Shown one piece after another: positions 18,741-26,527 of a DNA stretch of 64,000 nucleotides (the stretch's first letter is position 1; each line of letters starts with the position of its first letter). This DNA comes from Patescibacteria group bacterium (lineage in GTDB: Bacteria; Patescibacteriota; Microgenomatia; UBA10105; UBA927), in contig JBBTWJ010000006.1 in the NCBI GenBank assembly GCA_038062895.1, positions 48,862 to 112,861 of the forward strand. The letters run 5' to 3'. The notes below the pieces were generated by a model that saw nothing but the letters and a program-made list of their open reading frames with translations, did not search any database and was not told the DNA's origin. A program made the translations under genes and the position numbers.

Positions 18741-19823
18741 TTAGGTCAAATGATCGTTTTCCGTGCCTTTCATCTGCTCCACGAGTTTTTTGATTTTTGG
18801 CACGGACCCTTTTTTACACACGAGAACGACGTCGTCGGTATTGACCACTAACATATCATCAAGATCTATGGTGACCACCAACTGATTTGTATAGTTATAG
18901 ACAAGGCTATCTTGCGTGTCATTGAGCATCACTTTTCCTTGCGTTACGTTCTTTTCTTCTGCTTCCTGAAGCGCTTCCTTCAGTGCTTCCCAAGCGCCAA
19001 TATCACTCCACTCGATATTTTCTGAAACAACCAATGCCTGTGATGGATCCAACTTTTCTAAAATCGCGTTATCAAAACTTATTTTTTCGAGTGTAGGATA
19101 TACCGCCTGAAGTACGCCATCATACGTTGCGGTACCCCACGCATCCGCTATTTGCGACAATCCGGCATAGACATTGGGTACAAAACGCTTGTATTGAGTG
19201 AGTAAAAACCGTGGCGTCGTGACGAAATATCCCAAATTCCATGCATGATGGCCACTTGCTAGGTATCGCTGTGCCGTCACTTTATCCGGACGGTACTGAA
19301 AATCGACAAAGGTATGAAACGCAATGTCATCTATCCGGTTGACCTCCTTACCGTAAGAAATCCAACCTAAATTTTCACTCGCAAATCGTGGTTTTTGCGC
19401 GACAAAAATAATTTTTCCCGGGTTATTTTTGATAATTTCTCCCGATACGCGCAGGATGCTGCGGAAAAGCGCTTCTTTACCAACCAAATGGTCACTCCAG
19501 AGAATAACCATGGGTTCATCCGGCTTGGTTTTAGCGAGTATCGCAGTCATGAGTCCTACCGCAGGACCCACATCACGGACTTCCGGCTCACCGACAACAT
19601 GATTTGGGGGAAGCTTGAGCAGTTGGCTTTGCACGATCGGCATGTATGCCTGACCCGTGGAAACATAGACATTATCCCAAGAAAAATCCGGCTGCAGCCG
19701 CTCAGCGGCCAACTGAAGCGTCGATTTATTTCCGATAATCTTCTCAAATTGTTTCGGAGATTTTCTACGGGACAGTGGCCAAAGTCTCGTTCCTACTCCG
19801 CCGGCAAAAATAACTGCATTCAT
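18741..19823 (-). CDS. mannose-1-phosphate guanylyltransferase (GDP-mannose pyrophosphorylase)
   Basis: 360 aa; MNAVIFAGGVGTRLWPLSRRKSPKQF NTP-transferase motif typical of ManC/CpsB without isomerase domain. Confidence 0.8.
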   Translation of the reverse strand: MNAVIFAGGVGTRLWPLSRRKSPKQFEKIIGNKSTLQLAAERLQPDFSWDNVYVSTGQAYMPIVQSQLLKLPPNHVVGEPEVRDVGPAVGLMTAILAKTKPDEPMVILWSDHLVGKEALFRSILRVSGEIIKNNPGKIIFVAQKPRFASENLGWISYGKEVNRIDDIAFHTFVDFQYRPDKVTAQRYLASGHHAWNLGYFVTTPRFLLTQYKRFVPNVYAGLSQIADAWGTATYDGVLQAVYPTLEKISFDNAILEKLDPSQALVVSENIEWSDIGAWEALKEALQEAEEKNVTQGKVMLNDTQDSLVYNYTNQLVVTIDLDDMLVVNTDDVVLVCKKGSVPKIKKLVEQMKGTENDHLT

Positions 19824-20935
19824 ATAGTTTTATAGAGTCTATAAAGCCTCTCAACAGTTGTCTTCATACCCTGCATAAATAGTTTTTTCCGAAACCGATG
19901 TGCATTTTCAATACAAGCTTGTCTTCCCAGTGATGTTCGTAAAAATCTCCTAACTGCATCAACGATTCCCTGTTTTGACTGTTCATCAAAAAGTATTCCG
20001 GTCTCCCCATCTTTGACAATCTCCCCTATCCCACTTTGGGCAAATGCGATCACTGGTCTCCCCGCAGATTGAGCCTCAACCGCAGCAATTCCGAAGTCTT
20101 CATCTGCCGCAGACAAAAAAGCGCGGCAACTTCCATAATAGGCACTAAGTTCCGCGTCTGTCAAATGCGACGTAACGAACGAAATGGTATCAGATGCATG
20201 GGCGCGAAGCAACTTCTCTTCGTGACCTGACCCTATAATAACAAGTGGCAACTTCAATTCATTGAATGCATCAATAATAAGATCAATACGTTTATAGCTT
20301 ACGAACCGTGAGACAACTAAAAAATAATTTTCTTTTTCACCGTTCTGTTTTCTGTTTACTGCTTTCTGTCTAAATTTCTCGTCGTCCACCGGCGGATAAA
20401 TCACCTTCTCGACACTTCTTCCATAATACGTTTCAATTCTCGCTTTCACACGCTGGGATATGGCTATGTAATAATCCGGACGGCTGCTGCCCACGATATC
20501 CCAGCGCCGGAGAACCGGCGCCATCATCGATAATAGTTTGGAAGATTGAGCATAGTCTTCATACCCGCTCCAAAGATACCGCGTTGGCGTCAAACAGTAG
20601 CAGATATGGAGGGTAGACGGTTTCGTAATGATATATTTAGCCTCCGCCGAGGTGACGCTTATCACAACATCAAAGTCATCAAACGAAAACGATTCGAACG
20701 CCATGGGGGTCACCCAGGGAAACCATTCGTGATGATGTTTGGCTAAAGGCACGTATTGGAGGAATGATGGCTTGATAGTAAATACATCTGCCCACCCCGC
20801 CGTGACAGGATCGTAGACGGCAGTATAAAGTGGGGCTTCCGGCCAAATCTCATGCAAGGCAAGAAGCACCCGTTCCGCCCCACCCCACTTATTAATTCGG
20901 TCATACACAAACACAATACGAGGATGTTTTATCAT
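19820..20935 (-). CDS. glycosyltransferase family 4 (GT-B)
   Basis: 371 aa; N-terminal GT4 domain and C-terminal Glycos_transf_1 motifs (EDFGIAAVEAQSAGRPVIA, E-x7-E). Confidence 0.8.
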   Translation of the reverse strand: MIKHPRIVFVYDRINKWGGAERVLLALHEIWPEAPLYTAVYDPVTAGWADVFTIKPSFLQYVPLAKHHHEWFPWVTPMAFESFSFDDFDVVISVTSAEAKYIITKPSTLHICYCLTPTRYLWSGYEDYAQSSKLLSMMAPVLRRWDIVGSSRPDYYIAISQRVKARIETYYGRSVEKVIYPPVDDEKFRQKAVNRKQNGEKENYFLVVSRFVSYKRIDLIIDAFNELKLPLVIIGSGHEEKLLRAHASDTISFVTSHLTDAELSAYYGSCRAFLSAADEDFGIAAVEAQSAGRPVIAFAQSGIGEIVKDGETGILFDEQSKQGIVDAVRRFLRTSLGRQACIENAHRFRKKLFMQGMKTTVERLYRLYKTI

Positions 20936-20959
20936 TATTGCTGATATACAGAAATATTT

Positions 20960-21784
20960 TTACGTTAATTTCTTCCTCTGGTTCGATAAAAAATTTGAGG
21001 ACTCTATAATACTTTTTCCGGTTTCTTTTTCAAGTTTTTTTCTCGCAACTGCTGCAACACTACCGCCTTTTCGAGCAACAAATCGATGCTGAAAAAAAGC
21101 ATTCGGCTGTTTTTTCTTACTTATTGCTGTCGTAGAAGCTTCCGCCAACATTGTCAGAACCAATTCAAGATTAGTCATATGATCACGAAGATTTTCTTTT
21201 TTGAGATTCTTGTGCTGCTTATAATCGCGGGTCTTCATTCCAGCCCAGGCACGGGTAATATCGTCGGTGAGAATGGCAAATTCCAATCCCTCTTTGACCC
21301 CTCGCTCTTCCCACTCGTTCGTCAATTCTTTTCTAATTTCAATACTTTTCAGTCTTTGGTTAATCCAATCATCGCTTCGCCCGAGATTCCGGTAGGCTTT
21401 TAATGCCCGATTGATCGCCTTTTCTGGGTCTTGAATTTCTTCCACACGTTCATACCCAACCCGGGCAAGCCATAGCTTGAATGGTTCAGCCTTAGGGGAT
21501 GGAATAGATTGAATTATACGAAACACGGATTCCGTATCCGCAGCATCAGTGAGGTATTCCTTGCCATCTATTGCTCTCATTTTCAGTTGGTTACATTTTG
21601 TAACCACCTGACTACTTTCTTTCTTCAAACGAAACTTCATAACTTTCCAATAACTACGAGCATTCGGACTACTTGTTAATGCCTGGATGACATCCACCAC
21701 AGAAAACCACCATTTCTCTCCTTTTTCGTCCCAAACCCGACGAATTTTCTTCCCTTCAAAAATAGCTAAATCTCGTTTCTTCAT
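20960..21784 (-). CDS. Bro-N domain / DNA-damage-inducible protein D (DinD)-like protein
   Basis: 274 aa; N-terminal IRRVWDEKGEKWWFSVVDVIQALT matches Bro-N (antirepressor) domain; C-terminal EFAILTDDITRAWAGMKTRDYKQHKNLKKENLRDHMTNLELV aligns with E. coli DinD C-terminal region. Confidence 0.7.
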   Translation of the reverse strand: MKKRDLAIFEGKKIRRVWDEKGEKWWFSVVDVIQALTSSPNARSYWKVMKFRLKKESSQVVTKCNQLKMRAIDGKEYLTDAADTESVFRIIQSIPSPKAEPFKLWLARVGYERVEEIQDPEKAINRALKAYRNLGRSDDWINQRLKSIEIRKELTNEWEERGVKEGLEFAILTDDITRAWAGMKTRDYKQHKNLKKENLRDHMTNLELVLTMLAEASTTAISKKKQPNAFFQHRFVARKGGSVAAVARKKLEKETGKSIIESSNFLSNQRKKLT

Positions 21785-22941
21785 ATATTCTCGTAGACCC
21801 TGAGCGTATCAGAGACAAGCTTAAACCACGAATAGCCATCTAATATAATGTTTTTCGGTTTGACTACATTTTGTGACATCTTTTGAGCAATATCTCCTGG
21901 ATCTTGTGGATTAAAGTACGTCGCTTGACTCCCGAGTATTTCATGAAAAACCGGAATGTCAGATACAATTACCGGGCACCCAAAAGAAAGCGCTTCAAGC
22001 GCCGGCAATCCGAATCCTTCCATGAGAGACGGAAATACAAAAGCAATGGCATGGGCATAGAGATTGGCCAGTTGCGCGTCGTCGGCTTGTCCAAAATAGA
22101 GAACGCTCTCACCAAGATTCATAGACGCAGCAAGTTTTTTTATCTTCCGGTAGAAAAAATCGTCTTTCCCGACTAGCACCAATTTTAAATTCTTTGTCAA
22201 TTGTGAATTGTCAATTGTTAATTGTTGAAATGCCCTCAAGAGCATTTCCAAATTCTTATGTGGATACGCATTCCCAACGTATAAAAAGTAAGGATTCTCA
22301 ATAATTCTTTTTTGACTTTTGACTTTCCCGCCTGCAACGCTTTGCGTAGCATTGCGGGCAGATGACTTTTGACTTTTCCAGCCAGAGGCTGGTCCGCCTT
22401 TGGCGGAGACTTTTTCATCCACCCCCTCATACGTCACAACAATTTTTTTCGGTTGCACATGTAAATGATCAATAATTTCCTTCTTTGTCGTTAGGGAAAC
22501 AGCGATGATAGTCCTCACCCGCCGGAGACCCACGGCAAGGGCAATCCTGTATCCGACGCGTCGTAATTTATATAATATCCACGGCAAGGTCGTCGCCCTG
22601 CCGGTATCGAAGTGGAGGATCGTCAGGTCGTGAATTGTCGCCACCATGCGGCCTGGATAAAAAATAGGAATATTGAAATATGGAATATGCACGAGGTCAA
22701 GCCGGGCTTGAAAAAGTAACCAGGGCATGATCAGCTGCTCGGACACGCTATGCCATCCTACATCTGCCAATACCTTTTTCCATCGTGGGTTTGGGAGTTC
22801 AAAACTCGTATATTCTTTTTTCTTTAAAAATATGGTGTATTCATTTATCTTGTCCTGGTGACCAATCTCACGCACAAGATTCCGGATATATCTTCCGACA
22901 CCGGTTTCATTAATAAGTCTCGCATCGATACCTATGTTCAT
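21781..22941 (-). CDS. glycosyltransferase family 4 (mannosyltransferase-like) carrying an in-frame repeat-element insertion
   Basis: 386 aa; MNIGIDARLINETGVGRY GT4 N-terminus; EGFGLP motif in C-domain; central low-complexity insert SAKGGPASGWKSQKSSARNATQSVAGGKVKSQK encoded by the hairpin repeats at 22321-22412. Confidence 0.8.
   Translation of the reverse strand: MNIGIDARLINETGVGRYIRNLVREIGHQDKINEYTIFLKKKEYTSFELPNPRWKKVLADVGWHSVSEQLIMPWLLFQARLDLVHIPYFNIPIFYPGRMVATIHDLTILHFDTGRATTLPWILYKLRRVGYRIALAVGLRRVRTIIAVSLTTKKEIIDHLHVQPKKIVVTYEGVDEKVSAKGGPASGWKSQKSSARNATQSVAGGKVKSQKRIIENPYFLYVGNAYPHKNLEMLLRAFQQLTIDNSQLTKNLKLVLVGKDDFFYRKIKKLAASMNLGESVLYFGQADDAQLANLYAHAIAFVFPSLMEGFGLPALEALSFGCPVIVSDIPVFHEILGSQATYFNPQDPGDIAQKMSQNVVKPKNIILDGYSWFKLVSDTLRVYENI
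22369..22412. repeat. 44-bp double-hairpin repeat element, copy A (in-frame inside the GT4 gene)
   Basis: ttgacttttccagccagaggctggtccgcctttggcggagactt; hairpins CCAGCC-aga-GGCTGG and TCCGCC-ttt-GGCGGA; a degenerate related segment immediately upstream (22321-22368) forms CCCGC...GCGGG nested hairpins. Confidence 0.7.
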
Positions 22942-23876
22942 AAGAGTGAACGGAGTTTAATACCAATAAGGATAAACGAATAGACCAAAAATCCATACCG
23001 GTGACGGTAATGTTTGCTATAAAATAATTTCATCGCATCATAAAAATATTGTTTTGTTCGGCGCCGCGTTTGCGCGTCAGGATGACCTAATCCGCTTTGA
23101 TGTTTTTTATGGATTATGGAAACAGCTGGATAAAATACTATGCGATGGTTACTTGCTCTGATACGGAAACACCAGTCAATATCTTCTCCATACATAAAAA
23201 ATTTCTCGTCGAATAATCCAATCTGATCGATGACGCTTCGTCGTACCAAAAAGAACGCACCGGAAATGCAGTCTACATCATGGATATCTTTCAATGACCT
23301 AAATCCCTGATGGTACTGTCCAAAAAGCCGGGATGTTCCGAACATTTTCTCGAATCCCATAAAATACGTGAACGATGCCCACGGAGTCGGAAATCCGCGG
23401 TGACATGCAGGATCGAGTGATCCATCAGCAAGATTCACCCGACACGTTATCGCGCCAACATCGCGGTTGGCATCCATATACCCTTTGAGTTCACCCAGCG
23501 TCCCCGGGGTCATTTCTGTATCAGAATTGAGAAGCAATATATACCTACCCCTGGATGCACGGATTCCTTGATTGTTCGCCGCCGCAAACCCCACATTTTT
23601 TTCGTTTTGAATAAGGGTTAAATTTTGACTTTTCCAGCCATAGGCTGGTCCGCCTTTGGCGGAGACTTCTTCAGGGCTTCCATCATTTGAAGCGTTATCC
23701 ACAACAATCACTTCCCACCGGTCGCCCTTTGTTTCAGAAGCCGCAAGTGAGGCCAAACAAGCACGCAACACCTCACGCGTGTTGTAACTGACTATGACGA
23801 TGGAAAGATCAAATGATTCTTTTTGCGGTTTCATACCAGACGCGGTCCAACGCGCGAGCGATAGTACCCCACGCAT
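22938..23876 (-). CDS. glycosyltransferase family 2 (GT-A) carrying an in-frame repeat-element insertion; probable start Met at 23834
   Basis: 312 aa; FDLSIVIVSYNTREVL...VVDNASNDGS GT2 motifs, DxD; insert EEVSAKGGPAYGWKSQ encoded by repeat copy B. Confidence 0.8.
   Translation of the reverse strand: MRGVLSLARWTASGMKPQKESFDLSIVIVSYNTREVLRACLASLAASETKGDRWEVIVVDNASNDGSPEEVSAKGGPAYGWKSQNLTLIQNEKNVGFAAANNQGIRASRGRYILLLNSDTEMTPGTLGELKGYMDANRDVGAITCRVNLADGSLDPACHRGFPTPWASFTYFMGFEKMFGTSRLFGQYHQGFRSLKDIHDVDCISGAFFLVRRSVIDQIGLFDEKFFMYGEDIDWCFRIRASNHRIVFYPAVSIIHKKHQSGLGHPDAQTRRRTKQYFYDAMKLFYSKHYRHRYGFLVYSFILIGIKLRSLL
23625..23668. repeat. 44-bp double-hairpin repeat element, copy B (in-frame inside the GT2 gene)
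   Basis: ttgacttttccagccataggctggtccgcctttggcggagactt; 43/44 identical to copy A, same orientation. Confidence 0.7.
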
Positions 23877-25002
23877 ATTCCCGTTCGATTGTTTTTCTCG
23901 CGTTTATTGTTATCTCGTTTCGTTTTTTAGGCGACTTGATGAACCCGGCCACAGCGGCAATAAACTCGTCTTCGGTGTTTCCAATACATAATTCCTTATT
24001 ATGGGTCACGTTTAAACCCGTAGCCCCAAGCGTCGTCGTAACCACCGGCAACCCACTCGCCATTGCCTCCAATATCTTAAAACTCGTTCCGCCGCCGATC
24101 CGAATAGGAGCCAGAAGAACATCTGCTTTTTGAAACTCTTCTTCAATATTGGTTACTTCTTCAAGAAGAATAGCTTGACGATCATGGACGAGCTTTCGTA
24201 ATGGATCGGGCATACTTCGGCCAACTATCCGTAGAGTCGATCCGGGGTAAATCTTCTGAATCTTGGGCCAAATCGACGTCACCAACCACGATACGGCATC
24301 ACGATTCTGCATCCAGTTGAAACTCCCCACAAACAAAAAGACTGGGTGATCTCCTATTTTCTTCGTTACCGATCGAAACGAATCAACGTCAACGCCGTTA
24401 GGAACCACCGTGACCGAACGGGCGGCCCTCCGGCTTTTCCGGATGACCCGTGCGTCATCTTCCGATACGGCTATGACATGCCTGGCTTTTTTCCATACAT
24501 ACTTTTCCCAAAACATAAGCTTAAGTACATCCCAGTAATATCCGGGGCGCAGGAGGGAAAAACGAAATCTGCGTACGTATTCCGTATAAACGGCATACTC
24601 TATGTTATGCGTGGCCGTGACTATCGGGATGGCTATTTTGGGAAGACACGGCCACACATACCAAGGTTCGATATGGACTAGGTCATACGCACCCGTTTCT
24701 AATTCCCGGGCAATCTTCCGGCGAAGCTCTGCGAGGTCATAGGATGACAATAAGAGCGGTCGAATCCCCAACACTGACCGTATCACATAGTTCGCCTGCC
24801 AAGCAGACCCACGGTACGCGGTTATAATTTTTTTACAAAACGAAAGATCTTTCTCATACTGTTTTTCAGACAGATTCCGCAGAAACGTGACAAGGGTAAT
24901 CTCATGGTGTTTACTTAAACGTGAAAGAAGATTATATATCCGAACTTGTCCCCCAGAATAGAGTGGATACGGCAGAAGCGCGGAAACAAATAATACTTTC
25001 AT
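23809..25002 (-). CDS. glycosyltransferase family 4 (GT-B)
   Basis: 397 aa; MKVLFVSALLPYPLYSGGQVRIYNLL GT4 N-domain; C-domain E-x7-E region. Confidence 0.85.
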   Translation of the reverse strand: MKVLFVSALLPYPLYSGGQVRIYNLLSRLSKHHEITLVTFLRNLSEKQYEKDLSFCKKIITAYRGSAWQANYVIRSVLGIRPLLLSSYDLAELRRKIARELETGAYDLVHIEPWYVWPCLPKIAIPIVTATHNIEYAVYTEYVRRFRFSLLRPGYYWDVLKLMFWEKYVWKKARHVIAVSEDDARVIRKSRRAARSVTVVPNGVDVDSFRSVTKKIGDHPVFLFVGSFNWMQNRDAVSWLVTSIWPKIQKIYPGSTLRIVGRSMPDPLRKLVHDRQAILLEEVTNIEEEFQKADVLLAPIRIGGGTSFKILEAMASGLPVVTTTLGATGLNVTHNKELCIGNTEDEFIAAVAGFIKSPKKRNEITINARKTIEREYAWGTIARALDRVWYETAKRII

Positions 25003-25060
25003 AATGCATACTCTCTCGTTACTTCTTCCTTACTACCAACTACCTACTACCCACTATCAA

Positions 25061-26527
25061 CTACTCCGTGCTCCCTGCCTTTGGTTTTGTCAGGTCGATG
25101 ATAGCAAACCGGTCGTTTCTCACTACAACGGTATAGAGATTAGCCAAATCCCGCGTTTCCCAATCATTATCCGTCGGTGATACCGTCACGTAATGCGTCG
25201 CTCCCATCTCCAGTTTTTTTTCTATATCAAATCCAAGCGGCCACCCTTGACGGTTTGTCTGATACAAAAAAGTGGTATCTCCGTTATACGGCGCGATGAC
25301 CCTCGCATCCTTCGGAAGCAATCTATCTGCCTCCCGCCCGGCCTCGACGATATCCGGCCGGTTAATCCAATAATAGGTTCTGATGGTGTACCAGGAAAAA
25401 GCAAACATAAATAAGAAACAAATAGCAGATAGCAGATAGCAGATAGATCGGGAAAAAGGATTATGAGAAAGAAGAAATGCAAATCCCTTCCCTACATATA
25501 CCGCGACAATGGGAATGAACACTATTTGATAGTAATCGTGCTGCACATTACCGCGCGCAATGATGATGACATATGCAAGTACTCCAATGGTCCACAAGCG
25601 AAAAATCCACCCTTCTTTTTTAGACGGAACCAAAAGGCCTCCTAACCCAAGTGGTATAAGTCCCCAATATCCGAGCATTAATTCTCCCAACCGCTTGGCA
25701 AACAGCCAGTAAAACCATGCTCCTTTGAAGCGGATGTTGCCTTCGTTAAAAAGCCATAGATAAACCGGAATCCCTTCTGGATACTGCAAAATCCACTGTC
25801 GCCACCACCATAATGGAAACAAACTGATAGATGAATAAACACATAATCCAATAACCAACGAGAAGGATAAACCGAAACGGCGCCAAAACAAATATGGGAT
25901 GGGCAAAAGCAAAAACGCCGCTGTGGGTTTAACGAGCAATGCGACTCCCCCGGCTATAGCGGCAAATATCACGAGTAACCAATCAATCCGCTTATCCTTC
26001 CGATCATTATGCTCTGACAATCGAAACATAATATATACGCTGAGTACCGCCCAAAACACCATAAATGGCTCTGGAAGGATAATTCTTCCATAAAAAATAC
26101 TGTACGGAAGTACGGCATAGACCAATGCGCCAATTGTCGCGGCAAGCCTTCCGACAGTCACCGTCATCAGAAGATAAACCAAAATGAGGGTTCCCACGGA
26201 GGCGGAAACAGTCACCAACCGGAGGATTATTTCCATAGGAACTTGTGGCAATAACCTGCTCACCCCGTATGCCACCGACTGATAGAGCGGAACTTCGACC
26301 ATCCGCCATCCCATAGGATTATCTTTTCCGGAAGGGATGTTGGAGAGATCATCAAACCGTGGATGCAGAAGGTCTAAGCCGAACTTAGTAAAATTCCGTG
26401 CCACAGCCGCAGTATCGCTCTGACGCCAGCTGTGCCAATCTGCGACCGCATTCCCGAGGCCGTATAAACGCACGGTCACGGCCAGAAGCGAGATCACAAT
26501 AAGAATAAAAAACTCTATCTTTTTCAT
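25061..26527 (-). CDS. GT-C family membrane glycosyltransferase (PMT_2/ArnT-like dolichyl/undecaprenyl-phosphate-sugar dependent)
   Basis: 488 aa polytopic membrane protein; N-terminal loop with conserved D/E residues (RQSDTAAVARNF...) typical of GT39/GT83 proteins. Confidence 0.65.
   Translation of the reverse strand: MKKIEFFILIVISLLAVTVRLYGLGNAVADWHSWRQSDTAAVARNFTKFGLDLLHPRFDDLSNIPSGKDNPMGWRMVEVPLYQSVAYGVSRLLPQVPMEIILRLVTVSASVGTLILVYLLMTVTVGRLAATIGALVYAVLPYSIFYGRIILPEPFMVFWAVLSVYIMFRLSEHNDRKDKRIDWLLVIFAAIAGGVALLVKPTAAFLLLPIPYLFWRRFGLSFSLVIGLCVYSSISLFPLWWWRQWILQYPEGIPVYLWLFNEGNIRFKGAWFYWLFAKRLGELMLGYWGLIPLGLGGLLVPSKKEGWIFRLWTIGVLAYVIIIARGNVQHDYYQIVFIPIVAVYVGKGFAFLLSHNPFSRSICYLLSAICFLFMFAFSWYTIRTYYWINRPDIVEAGREADRLLPKDARVIAPYNGDTTFLYQTNRQGWPLGFDIEKKLEMGATHYVTVSPTDNDWETRDLANLYTVVVRNDRFAIIDLTKPKAGSTE
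25423..25447. repeat. heptanucleotide tandem repeat (atagcag)x3.5 inside the GT-C gene
   Basis: atagcagatagcagatagcagatag read directly; 21 bp keeps frame, encodes YLLSAIC-like repeat on minus strand. Confidence 0.7.

Noticed and set aside
22369-23668. Two near-identical 44-bp repeats considered as a CRISPR array or spacer-repeat structure
   Set aside because: Only two copies 1.2 kb apart, both inside in-frame coding sequence of glycosyltransferases, and there are no cas genes; inconsistent with CRISPR.
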